32,000 nucleotides of DNA from Methanocorpusculum parvum (lineage in GTDB: Archaea; Halobacteriota; Methanomicrobia; Methanomicrobiales; Methanocorpusculaceae): NCBI GenBank assembly GCA_015063085.1, contig SUTD01000003.1:1-32000 (forward strand), written 5' to 3'. Under the pieces are notes generated by a model. That model saw only the letters and a program-made list of their open reading frames with translations, made no database searches and was not told the origin of the DNA. Both the position numbers and the translations under genes were made by a program. This document shows, in pieces, positions 8,780 through 17,510 of this stretch (position 1 is its first letter; each line of letters starts with the position of its first letter).

Positions 8780-8822
8780 GTGCGTATGTATTTGTATGTC
8801 TTGGAAGATATTAGGGTTTCCC

Positions 8823-10295
8823 TCACAGCCACTTCGGCCACGGGAGACCGAATGTGGTTACCATTCCTGCGATTTCATCGCGGATGCCTCTATCGATTTT
8901 GAAGAGGAGGAAGAAGTAGATGACAGCTCCCGCACACACAGGAATCAGAGTGAGGACAACGTTGTCGAGCGGGACGAAGAGTTTGTAGACGAAGACAAAG
9001 AGTCCCATCGCTGCGGCCGCAAGGATGATGTGGAAAATCGGGCGGCGTTCGATTTTGACGGTGAGGTAGCGCTTAAGGAAGTGTGCGATTAAGACGGCGT
9101 TTACGCTGTAGCTGATTAAGGTAGCCACTGCTGCGCCGTTGATGCCGATCAAGGGGATTAAGATGCAGTTGAGCAGGATGTTGATGACAGCAGCGGATGC
9201 TGTTGCATAGAAGGACTGGCGGGCATGATCAGATGCGGTCAAGGCAACACCAAGCAGAGTGATGAATACAGAGATTACCTGCACGAGAAGAAGGATTGTA
9301 CAGGCAGCTGCCCCGGCTGCAAAGTCTGCTCCGTAGAAGTAGTAGAGGAGTTTGTCTGCTAAGAGCAGACCGCCGGTAAATACCGGCACCGCGAGGATTA
9401 AAGCGAAGGTGATTCCGCGGGATACCGGCGGGGCGATTTTGTCCCACTGATTGTTTGCGCTCCAGTTGCTGATCTTCGGAGTTAAGGTTGAGTAGATTGC
9501 GGTGGTGATGAAGGTGGCCGCTGTGGTGAACTGGAAGGCAGTGCGGTAGACTCCAACGTCTCCGTTTGTCAGGAAGTAGCCGATGAAGATGGTGTCCGCA
9601 TAGGCGAAGACGGTAGAGCCGGTACTGATGAGGAAAATCCAGAAGCCGTAGACGAAAAGAGATTTGACATGGCGGAAGCCGAATTTTGCGGGGCGGAAGG
9701 TGAAGTATTTGATGCAGAGAATACCGGAGAGGATGATGCCGACGATGTAGCCTCCGATAAGTCCATAGACTGTAAAGCCGAGAAGGACGGTGATGATTTG
9801 GATTACAATGCGGGCAAGTTCGGAGAAACCAAAGCCTACGCTGTAGATACCCATGTGTCCTAAACCCATTACACCCCGTGTGATAGTCTGACCAAAGAAT
9901 GCGAAGATGAGTGCTAAGACAATCCAGAATACAAGTTCATACTCTTTCAAGTCCGCAAAGAAGGGACTGATGGTGATAAGAATGAGTGTAGAGACGATGG
10001 TGAGAATTCCGCGAAGACAGGCATATGCTGTCAGATAGGCATTCTGTTCAGCTCCTTCTGAGATACGCTTGACCGCTGCCTGACCGAATCCGCCGTCTCC
10101 TATCATATTGAAGATGCCGAAGTATGCAACGAAGAGATAGTAAACTCCCATTAGGTCTTTTCCAAGCACGTGGGAAAAGAGCATGGTGGAGAGGAAACCG
10201 ATTCCGGTTATGGCAAGCGTGAAAATAAGCGAGAGTGTGCTCTGACGCTGAATTGCCGGAAGACGCATGAATCGGGAGACGAAGTGGATGTTCAT
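8823..10295 (-). CDS. Polysaccharide/oligosaccharide flippase (Wzx/MOP superfamily)
   Basis: 490 aa with about 12-14 TM helices. The length and hydrophobic pattern fit Polysacc_synt-type flippases. It is adjacent to sugar-nucleotide and glycosyltransferase genes. GC is native (about 57% on one sampled line). Confidence 0.75.
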   Translation of the reverse strand: MNIHFVSRFMRLPAIQRQSTLSLIFTLAITGIGFLSTMLFSHVLGKDLMGVYYLFVAYFGIFNMIGDGGFGQAAVKRISEGAEQNAYLTAYACLRGILTIVSTLILITISPFFADLKEYELVFWIVLALIFAFFGQTITRGVMGLGHMGIYSVGFGFSELARIVIQIITVLLGFTVYGLIGGYIVGIILSGILCIKYFTFRPAKFGFRHVKSLFVYGFWIFLISTGSTVFAYADTIFIGYFLTNGDVGVYRTAFQFTTAATFITTAIYSTLTPKISNWSANNQWDKIAPPVSRGITFALILAVPVFTGGLLLADKLLYYFYGADFAAGAAACTILLLVQVISVFITLLGVALTASDHARQSFYATASAAVINILLNCILIPLIGINGAAVATLISYSVNAVLIAHFLKRYLTVKIERRPIFHIILAAAAMGLFVFVYKLFVPLDNVVLTLIPVCAGAVIYFFLLFKIDRGIRDEIAGMVTTFGLPWPKWL

Positions 10296-10424
10296 GGAGA
10301 TTTGTTATGTGTTGATTTTGCAGTTGGGATACTCGTTTTTGACGTCAAGTTTGTAGGGATGGACTGCAAATATTACACCTATGTGTTGGTGAGGGGAGGT
10401 TATGAAAGTGTTGGGATAGGGATT

Positions 10425-10433
10425 AAACAAAAA
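10425..10433 (-). terminator. T-rich tract (TTTTTGTTT on the minus strand) immediately after the 675-aa gene stop
   Basis: AAACAAAAA on the plus strand, directly abutting the stop codon at 10434-10436. Confidence 0.3.
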
Positions 10434-12461
10434 TTACGAGAAGATATTCATTCCCTGATTAGTGTAAACCAGACTGAGTGGATAAGTATTTTCCGTAAAC
10501 TGCTCCGTATTTTCTTCGGTCGACAGGATTTTGACAGTAGTTCCTGCCGAATCTTTGAGCCCCAATCCGTAAATTTCGTAGCAACTATTTCTATTTATTA
10601 CATACTTTACCAGATTCTCAACAGATACATCTTCTGAATACAACTTGTCAGCACCATTCCTGAACGAGTAGTAAGGGTAACCATATTTCTCAAATGCTTT
10701 GCCGGCGGCAAAATATCTTGAAGTATCATAATCAGTATAGACTGATGAAGAGAGAGGCAGGTAATTCTCAACGATGTCAAAAGAAGCTAACTCCTGTTCC
10801 GTGAAGAAGTGAACCTCACCAAACTGAGTGCCTGCAAAAACAGGGCTGTCCCTTGATTCAAGAATAAGTGGAGACGTTACTACCAGTAACATACAGAGAA
10901 TAACCGTGACAACTGCGCCATTGAATTTCCCAGTATGTTTTTTATTCCAGAGATTCCCTATAACCACAGCCCCTACAGCCATAATTACTGCAAATATTGG
11001 TGAGAGGACAAGCCTGACTCTATCCAGTTCGAGATCTCCGCTGATAAACATCTCAAACAAATCCATGACTCCAGGAATGAATACTATTGCGAGAACTACT
11101 CCTGCCATGCCCAACATTGCAATCTTTTTATCAATGATTTTTGGAGACAACAGAGCGATTACTCCCGGTAGTAATACCAGAATAATCGATGCACTAGCTA
11201 TGGCATTAATCCACGCATGTCCTAAATTCCCAAGATTGGCTACTATATCAAATGATGAACTTAACACAGAAACAACACTATCTGTATCAAATGCAGAACT
11301 CGGAGAAGCAGCGGAGACAGAACCAATAGGAAGCCAATCAGGTAATGGGATGTTATAAAACTGATTCGAGAGACGGTTTATCAGCCATGAAAAATCATAA
11401 GGACCATGTGTAATTCCAAATAATGCAATTAAGTAGAACGAAACCGTGAGCACAATTTGAGAAGCAGTTATCCTATGGTGATAGATAAAATATAATCCAA
11501 GAATACCTGTGAATACCAGCACAATAAGAATTAACTGTGCATGATGCACAAAGATCATGTACATCATAACAAGGAGTGTGAGAATCAGGGATGAGAGAGA
11601 AACACCGTCTGACTGCTTTTTAAAGAAGAAGAAAAGAACAATTACAAAAGCGATTGTTGCATGCATCCTGGGCATTGGGTAGATAGCATACCAGATTACC
11701 GCAGGGATTGTTATGTATAATAACGCAGAGAGAAGTGCAAGAGATTTAGATTTGGTAAAGTGCTTGGCAAGGGAGTAGATAAATACCAAAGACACGACTA
11801 ACAATGGGGTTGATGTGAGGTATAAGACTGTATATGTCGGGAGACCAGAAATCAAGGAAGCTATTACAGACTCAATATGGAATAAACAGAAATCCATGTA
11901 TTGCCCAAGTATGGGTGATACGAAGCCGTCCACAAGAATGGTTTCTGTCCAGGCAAGGTGAATTGGAATGTCTGTCCAACCATAATAGTAATCATGGGTA
12001 AATACTGTTGAGAACACATGGAGCGACAAAGTTGCTATAAGTTGGAATAATACAACAGGCTTTCTTGGACTGGGACTGAAGATTTCCAAAAGTACCAAGA
12101 AATAGAGCAACCCTATTAACACCAGATGGAAGAGATTGCAACTGTTTGTTATGAAAATCCAGGCTAAGGCAATGCAGAAGATAATCCAAAATATCTTTGA
12201 CAGATTTCTTTGACTGAGGTAATTAGGGAGGATTAAGTCATCAAATAATTTGTTTTCACATGGATTGGAGAACTTCTTTCTGTTTATGATAAGGATGACT
12301 GATATAATTGAAAGGGCCATGAGAATTGGAGATCCTTTCACCATAATCAGATATTGTCCACTCATAAAGAGAACAACATATGCTAATATCGGAAGTATTA
12401 ATGTGAGATAGGGGATTATTGGAGAGAGATAATGGAATACACAAAATATTCTATCCAACAT
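10434..12461 (-). CDS. Large polytopic membrane protein with a C-terminal soluble domain. Candidate glycan polymerase or GT-C-like enzyme, function unassigned.
   Basis: 675 aa with at least 15 hydrophobic helices across aa 1-520, then a roughly 150-aa hydrophilic tail. ATG start. AT-rich (about 37% on one sampled line) compared with its neighbours. It sits between the flippase and wecC. Confidence 0.65.
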   Translation of the reverse strand: MLDRIFCVFHYLSPIIPYLTLILPILAYVVLFMSGQYLIMVKGSPILMALSIISVILIINRKKFSNPCENKLFDDLILPNYLSQRNLSKIFWIIFCIALAWIFITNSCNLFHLVLIGLLYFLVLLEIFSPSPRKPVVLFQLIATLSLHVFSTVFTHDYYYGWTDIPIHLAWTETILVDGFVSPILGQYMDFCLFHIESVIASLISGLPTYTVLYLTSTPLLVVSLVFIYSLAKHFTKSKSLALLSALLYITIPAVIWYAIYPMPRMHATIAFVIVLFFFFKKQSDGVSLSSLILTLLVMMYMIFVHHAQLILIVLVFTGILGLYFIYHHRITASQIVLTVSFYLIALFGITHGPYDFSWLINRLSNQFYNIPLPDWLPIGSVSAASPSSAFDTDSVVSVLSSSFDIVANLGNLGHAWINAIASASIILVLLPGVIALLSPKIIDKKIAMLGMAGVVLAIVFIPGVMDLFEMFISGDLELDRVRLVLSPIFAVIMAVGAVVIGNLWNKKHTGKFNGAVVTVILCMLLVVTSPLILESRDSPVFAGTQFGEVHFFTEQELASFDIVENYLPLSSSVYTDYDTSRYFAAGKAFEKYGYPYYSFRNGADKLYSEDVSVENLVKYVINRNSCYEIYGLGLKDSAGTTVKILSTEENTEQFTENTYPLSLVYTNQGMNIFS

Positions 12462-12573
12462 AATTATCTCCCCTTAAAGCAAGATAAATAATAAACCATT
12501 AACAAACTCCCATACAAATATTAATTGAATCTATAAGAACATCACTCTTTTGGAACACTAAAATTAACTGAAA

Positions 12574-13824
12574 CTACGCACGATGAGGATAGCCCAGAAT
12601 CCTCACTCCAAATCCAGCATCTTCCCACTTTGCATGGTCGAGGAAGTTTCGCGAGTCAAACAGCTGCTTTGTTCTCACCTTCAACATCGATGGCTCAATC
12701 TCCTTAAACACTGCATGGTCAGTAATCAGAACAACACAATCACTTCCCTCACATGCTTCATCTAAATTAGCACAGACTGGGTAAACATACTGCTTTGCGA
12801 ATGGGTCGTGGATTTTAACCGTATATCCTTCGTTGACTGCCATTTTAATGAACTTAGTTGCTGGAGTCTCACGGCAGTCATCAATATCTGCTTTGTATGC
12901 AACACCTAAAACGGTAATTACCGGATTTTCAATTCCGGAAATCATCTTTCTCACATGCATCATCACAAAGTTCGGCATGGTGTCATTGATTGTGCGGGAC
13001 TTTAAGATGAGTTCAGCATTCTGCGTGTTTTCAGTTAAGAACCAAGGATCTACGGCAATACAGTGACCGCCGACACCAGGACCCGGACTTAAAATATTGA
13101 CACGCGGGTGCTTGTTTGCCAGTTCAATAACCTTCCAGACATTGACACCGTAATCCTCGGCAACCTTTGCCAATTCATTGGCAAAGGCGATGTTAACATC
13201 ACGGAAGGTGTTCTCGGTGAGTTTCACAAACTCTGCAGTGTTGGTGTCCGTTAAGTGAATATCTCCTTTCACATAGGACTTGTAGATGTCGCGGGTAACC
13301 TCACAGGACGTCTCGTCAATACCACCGACAATTCTGTCATTGTACTCCATCTCATAGAGCGTCTTTCCCGGGATTGCCCGCTCCGGGCAGTGAGAGTAGA
13401 GGAATTCTCCTGCTTTTATTCCGGACTTTTCCAGAATAGGGATGACAACCTTCTCACTGGCACAGGGAGATACCGTGGACTCCAGGATTACCAGATTTCC
13501 TGCTTTCAGATGCGGGACAATCATCTCTGCTGCTGACTTCACATAGGATAAATCCGAAAGGCGAGTCTCCTTATCGAACGGGGTCGGAACAGCAATCAGA
13601 AATACATCCGCATCACAGACCTCGGTGGATGCAGAGAAACTGTCCTTTGCGGATGCAAAGAGTTCATCAAGTCCCGGTTCTACAATGTGCAGTTTTCCTT
13701 TCTGCAGTGTCTCAACAACTGCTTTGTTCACATCCACACCGACTACTTCATGTCCATGGGAAGCAAGAAGCAGTCCGGTCGGAAATCCAATATATCCAAG
13801 TCCTAATATGCAGATTTTTGCCAT
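12574..13824 (-). CDS. wecC: UDP-N-acetyl-D-mannosamine dehydrogenase (nucleotide-sugar dehydrogenase family)
   Basis: MAKICILGLGYIGFPTGLLLA N-terminal Rossmann motif, the GGHCI catalytic-Cys block, and 416 aa length. Its ATG overlaps the wecB stop by 1 nt (TAATG). Confidence 0.9.
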   Translation of the reverse strand: MAKICILGLGYIGFPTGLLLASHGHEVVGVDVNKAVVETLQKGKLHIVEPGLDELFASAKDSFSASTEVCDADVFLIAVPTPFDKETRLSDLSYVKSAAEMIVPHLKAGNLVILESTVSPCASEKVVIPILEKSGIKAGEFLYSHCPERAIPGKTLYEMEYNDRIVGGIDETSCEVTRDIYKSYVKGDIHLTDTNTAEFVKLTENTFRDVNIAFANELAKVAEDYGVNVWKVIELANKHPRVNILSPGPGVGGHCIAVDPWFLTENTQNAELILKSRTINDTMPNFVMMHVRKMISGIENPVITVLGVAYKADIDDCRETPATKFIKMAVNEGYTVKIHDPFAKQYVYPVCANLDEACEGSDCVVLITDHAVFKEIEPSMLKVRTKQLFDSRNFLDHAKWEDAGFGVRILGYPHRA

Positions 13825-14903
13825 TACTGTTTACCCTCAACAAATTCCAGAATTTTTACCGCTGCATCGCCGTCTCCAAATGGGTTCTTCCAGGATGCAG
13901 TGTTGTTCATCATCTTTTCCGCACAGGAGATAATTGTCTCAGTCACCGTACCCGCAAGAACATTCGCACCGACAGTTACTGTCTCCGGACGCTCGGTGTT
14001 GTCTCGAAGAGTAACACATGGCGTGCCCAGGATACAGCCCTCCTCCTGCAGTCCGCCGGAATCGGTCAGAATCAGGCGGGCATTTTCTTCGAGTTGCAGG
14101 AATTCAAGGTAGCCAAGTGGTTTGGATACAGTGATTCCTTCGAGAGACAGACCAAACTCATTTACCATCTTTTCGGTTCTCGGGTGCATAGGGAAGAGAG
14201 CTGGAATCTGGTACTTCTGAGATAACTGACGCACTGCTTCCAGAATGCCGGAAAGGCGTTCTTTCACATCCACATTTTCTGCCCGATGGGACGTTACTAG
14301 GAAGTACTCCTTTGGTTTCAGGCCGAAGTCATCTAGGACATTCAGATGCCTCTTGGAAAGTTCCAGGTTCTGGTATGCTGCATCAACCACAGTGTTCCCA
14401 GTGATGAAAATCTTCTCTCCGTCAATCCCTTCCGCCAGTAACTGGTCTCGGGAAACTTCTGTCGGCGGGAAGAGATAGTCAGAGATGTGATCTGCAATAA
14501 TGCGGTTAATCTCTTCAGGCATGTTGCGGTCGAAACTCCGAAGACCTGCTTCCACATGACCGATTTTGATGTGGAGTTTGGATGCGGCAAGCGCTCCTGC
14601 CATTACTGTATTAGTGTCTCCTTGAACAAACACCACATCCGGTTTTTCCTTGAGCAGAATCTCTTCAATGCCGATTAAGATTTTTGCAGTTTGTCTTGCT
14701 TGAGTTCCTGAACCGACGTCTAAATTATATTTTGGTTCTAGGAGTTCAAGCTGTTCAAAGAATCTTCTGTCCATCTCATACGAGTAGTGTTGACCGGTAT
14801 GGAGGATAAAATAGTCATACTGCTTATCCTCACACGCCCGGATAAGCGGAGACATCTTAATGATTTCCGGACGAGTCCCTAGGATAATACAGTACTTCAA
14901 CAT
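13824..14903 (-). CDS. wecB: UDP-N-acetylglucosamine 2-epimerase (non-hydrolysing)
   Basis: 359 aa. ILGTRPEIIKMSPL, VQGDTNT, HVEAGLRS, SDSGGLQEE blocks characteristic of the family. Confidence 0.9.
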   Translation of the reverse strand: MLKYCIILGTRPEIIKMSPLIRACEDKQYDYFILHTGQHYSYEMDRRFFEQLELLEPKYNLDVGSGTQARQTAKILIGIEEILLKEKPDVVFVQGDTNTVMAGALAASKLHIKIGHVEAGLRSFDRNMPEEINRIIADHISDYLFPPTEVSRDQLLAEGIDGEKIFITGNTVVDAAYQNLELSKRHLNVLDDFGLKPKEYFLVTSHRAENVDVKERLSGILEAVRQLSQKYQIPALFPMHPRTEKMVNEFGLSLEGITVSKPLGYLEFLQLEENARLILTDSGGLQEEGCILGTPCVTLRDNTERPETVTVGANVLAGTVTETIISCAEKMMNNTASWKNPFGDGDAAVKILEFVEGKQ

Positions 14904-14926
14904 TTTATCATCATTTCTTTTAATGA

Positions 14927-14938
14927 ATATTATATATT
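14927..14938 (-). promoter_or_regulatory. TATA box for wecB-wecC (leaderless or short-leader transcript)
   Basis: AATATATAATAT on the minus strand, centred about 29 nt upstream of the wecB ATG (14903). Confidence 0.35.
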
Positions 14939-14948
14939 GCCTTAGAGA

Positions 14949-16304
14949 TTAACATAATACAATCTCGTTCAATATATCTGCAGTTTTTCTTGCCATCTCA
15001 CGATAACTATACTTAGCAACCTCCGTCTCAATCCCCAAATACTGGACAAAACCATCCCTCTGATATTCACAGTACCACTCTTGAAGTTGAAGTTTTAAAC
15101 GATCTAAAGACGAAATACACCTTCCAACTCGTGTTACCTCAAAGATATTCGATATAGTATCATTTTGTCCTGTGGCAAGAATTGGGCGTAACGCACTAAA
15201 ATACTCAAATATCTTCCCCGCAATTACACCTTCACTAGACTCACCAGACCATAATAATGCAAGCAATATTTGTGAAGTACGTTGTAAGTGGAGAGCAACA
15301 TCCTTTGAAACCAAACCACATTGTACCACCACATCATCTAACTTATATTTATGAATTTCCACATCCATCCAATCAGCAGTAGGTCCGTAGAACTCGATTC
15401 GAATATCTTCCCGTGGTATAATTCCAGATGATATTAATTCTGAAACAGCAGTGAACAACAACGTTGGATTCCGTGTCTCCTTAGTATATAGTGCACCAGT
15501 ATATGTTATTGTAAACTTATTACGAAGTGTAACATCATGAATTATATTTTCTGGGTTAAAACCATTCATAACGACTTCTGACTTTTTCAGATGATAAGAA
15601 GATAACTCATTAGCCAAATTTGGAGAGACAGCCGTAATTATGCTTGCCGATTTTAACAACTTACGCTCATATTTCCCCTCTATTGACAAACGCATGGAAG
15701 AGACAGGAAATGATGTAAACTTTCTTTGTGACCATGGATCACGGTAATCAGCAACCCAAGGTAATCTGAACTCAGAATGAAGTTTCTCAGCGATTTTATG
15801 TGCAGTAAATGGTCCAGAAGTACTTAATATCACATCATACTTATTTTTCTGTAACTCCCTCCTCGCGGCTTTCAGTGCGGATCTATACCACCCTGAAGAT
15901 AAATCCGGAAAATAAATCAACGAACAGAAAGAATAGATTCTTACTGCCATCCAAGAAAGCCATTTTACCTTTCCAATAGATGAAAGTACCTTATTTATAA
16001 TCCATGGCAGGAGATTTGGTTCTTGTTCATTTTCCGTTTGTTTATTATCAACTAACCCCCATGAATCCTGTTTGCTGAATCTAAAATATAATTTTAAGAA
16101 ACCCAATGGGTGTCTTGCATGAATGATATTGGGGAGAAGTAATCCTGGATAATCTTTTGGAGGGACAGTTAATAATGTAACATCCCAATCAAATTGCTTC
16201 AAATAATCAAAAATTGCATGTGTACGGTTTGATGCAACCATCTCACGTTGGTGATAGTAATAAGCGATAAATAGAACTTTTTTTTTCTTCTTGTGATTAT
16301 CCAT
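14949..16304 (-). CDS. GT-B fold glycosyltransferase (GT4-like)
   Basis: The C-terminal EGVIAGKIFEYFSALRPILA resembles the GT-B E..K.fEY.a.g.Pi block. The N-terminal half has the VLFIAYYY start typical of GT4 N-domains. The track start is TTG 16316. ATG 16304 (MDNHKKKKKV) is more likely. AT-rich (about 38% on a sampled line). Confidence 0.65.
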   Translation of the reverse strand: MDNHKKKKKVLFIAYYYHQREMVASNRTHAIFDYLKQFDWDVTLLTVPPKDYPGLLLPNIIHARHPLGFLKLYFRFSKQDSWGLVDNKQTENEQEPNLLPWIINKVLSSIGKVKWLSWMAVRIYSFCSLIYFPDLSSGWYRSALKAARRELQKNKYDVILSTSGPFTAHKIAEKLHSEFRLPWVADYRDPWSQRKFTSFPVSSMRLSIEGKYERKLLKSASIITAVSPNLANELSSYHLKKSEVVMNGFNPENIIHDVTLRNKFTITYTGALYTKETRNPTLLFTAVSELISSGIIPREDIRIEFYGPTADWMDVEIHKYKLDDVVVQCGLVSKDVALHLQRTSQILLALLWSGESSEGVIAGKIFEYFSALRPILATGQNDTISNIFEVTRVGRCISSLDRLKLQLQEWYCEYQRDGFVQYLGIETEVAKYSYREMARKTADILNEIVLC

Positions 16305-16327
16305 TATTATCCTCAAAGAGTAAACAG

Positions 16328-16342
16328 TATTAATAATATATC
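16328..16342 (-). promoter_or_regulatory. TATA-like element upstream of the GT-B glycosyltransferase
   Basis: GATATATTATTAATA on the minus strand, centred about 32 nt upstream of ATG 16304. Confidence 0.3.
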
Positions 16343-16344
16343 AC

Positions 16345-17112
16345 TTATTGTAAGTTATAATTGTCCATCAACCCCCACCTCTCCCGCATCTCTTCCACCC
16401 CACTAACAACCTCCGAAACATCAAACACCCACACCAATCCCCCCTCAAACACCCCGGCATCCTCAATTACGCGCCCCTCAAAATCGCACACCAGACTCCG
16501 TCCCGGATAATCAACCCCGGAAACACAATCATATCCAATACAGTTGCACCCAATCACATACCCTCTATTCTCCAGTGCCCGCGCACGAAGCAGTAACTCC
16601 CAGTCTGCAACGCGTGCCGCAGGCCAGGCTGCCTGCACAATCACACAGTGCGCACCCATCTTCAGATACTCGCGGAACAGCTCCGGAAACCGCAAGTCAA
16701 AACAAACCGCACAACCGAACTTCATCCCGCCGTATTCAAAGCAGACAGCTTCACTTCCGGCGGAGAAGGCTGCATCCTCACCTCCCGGCGTAAACAAATG
16801 TGTCTTCGCATACTCAGCAAGCACCTCTCCCTCCGGAGATACGACAAGCATCACATTCTGCGGCTTGCCGTTGGCTGCAGGACGCTGATAGGATCCCACA
16901 ATACAGGTATGATACTCCTTCGCCAGAGAAATCCAGCGGCTCCTCACAGCCTCCGCATCTGCGGCAGAAACTGACGGGCGCCAGCCGGTTGCATACTGCT
17001 CGCAGAAAATAACCATATCTGCATCGGCTGATGCAAGATACTCTTCAGCTCTTGCAAACGCCGTATCAATATCCTCATACACCTGACTTATCTGGGCACA
17101 GCAGATTCGCAT
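16345..17112 (-). CDS. Carbon-nitrogen hydrolase (nitrilase superfamily)
   Basis: 255 aa. Nucleophile block GCAVCFDLRFPELF, an upstream KTHLF lysine block, an early E (FCEQYATGW), and the overall nitrilase-superfamily length. Confidence 0.85.
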   Translation of the reverse strand: MRICCAQISQVYEDIDTAFARAEEYLASADADMVIFCEQYATGWRPSVSAADAEAVRSRWISLAKEYHTCIVGSYQRPAANGKPQNVMLVVSPEGEVLAEYAKTHLFTPGGEDAAFSAGSEAVCFEYGGMKFGCAVCFDLRFPELFREYLKMGAHCVIVQAAWPAARVADWELLLRARALENRGYVIGCNCIGYDCVSGVDYPGRSLVCDFEGRVIEDAGVFEGGLVWVFDVSEVVSGVEEMRERWGLMDNYNLQ

Positions 17113-17132
17113 ACTCTTATTCTGTGCTGCTG

Positions 17133-17143
17133 AGATAAATACC
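17133..17143 (-). promoter_or_regulatory. TATA box for the C-N hydrolase gene
   Basis: GGTATTTATC on the minus strand, centred about 26 nt upstream of ATG 17112. This implies a leaderless mRNA. Confidence 0.4.
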
Positions 17144-17153
17144 TTAAGAGATT

Positions 17154-17162
17154 AAAAAAAAA
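17154..17162 (-). terminator. Oligo-T (T9) terminator after the 93-aa gene
   Basis: A9 on the plus strand, 7-15 nt downstream of the stop at 17169-17171. Confidence 0.45.
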
Positions 17163-17168
17163 GAAGAA

Positions 17169-17450
17169 TTACTCCTTCTTGATGTGGAGTTTTTCTGCAG
17201 CCTTGCAGGATGCCTTCTCTGCAAGTACTTTGGACTTGTTGGAGACTGCACCAATCCAGACAGTGAAAAGGACTGCGAGAACAGTTACAAAGACTGCGTA
17301 TCCGAGCATTGCCGGAATCGTACTCTGCTCACCGAAGATTTCTGCAAAGATTGCCTGGATTGCACCGTTCCATGCAAGAGCGGCAACAAGACCGAAAGCT
17401 GCAGTAATTAATGCTGCAAGCTTGTCAATAACATCTACTGAAAGTGCCAT
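17169..17450 (-). CDS. Small 2-TM membrane protein, uncharacterised
   Basis: 93 aa with two hydrophobic helices (LAALITAAFGLVAALAW; AMLGYAVFVTVLAVLFTVWIGA) and a basic C-terminal tail. It has its own TATA and T-tract punctuation. Confidence 0.6.
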   Translation of the reverse strand: MALSVDVIDKLAALITAAFGLVAALAWNGAIQAIFAEIFGEQSTIPAMLGYAVFVTVLAVLFTVWIGAVSNKSKVLAEKASCKAAEKLHIKKE

Positions 17451-17472
17451 ACTGATACATTGGCGAAGAAAC

Positions 17473-17481
17473 TATTTAAAT
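17473..17481 (-). promoter_or_regulatory. TATA box for the 93-aa membrane protein gene
   Basis: ATTTAAATA on the minus strand, centred about 27 nt upstream of ATG 17450. Confidence 0.4.
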
Positions 17482-17497
17482 CTAAACGGCTGGATGC

Positions 17498-17505
17498 AAA
17501 AAAAA
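17498..17505 (-). terminator. Oligo-T (T8) terminator ending the ABC transporter operon
   Basis: A8 on the plus strand, 6-13 nt downstream of the permease stop at 17511-17513. Confidence 0.45.
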
Positions 17506-17510
17506 GAGAG

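Noticed and set aside
10170-10637. 155-aa plus-strand ORF bridging the flippase start, the intergenic spacer and the end of the 675-aa gene
   Set aside because: It overlaps two supported minus-strand genes at both ends, and only about 138 nt is intergenic. It has no motif support.
10828-11358. 176-aa plus-strand ORF inside the 675-aa membrane protein gene
   Set aside because: It is antisense to a long ORF with a coherent TM-helix periodicity. It is T/S/N/I-rich and of low complexity.
13629-14225. 198-aa plus-strand ORF spanning the wecC/wecB junction
   Set aside because: It is antisense to two genes with unambiguous family motifs, and I recognise no motifs of its own.
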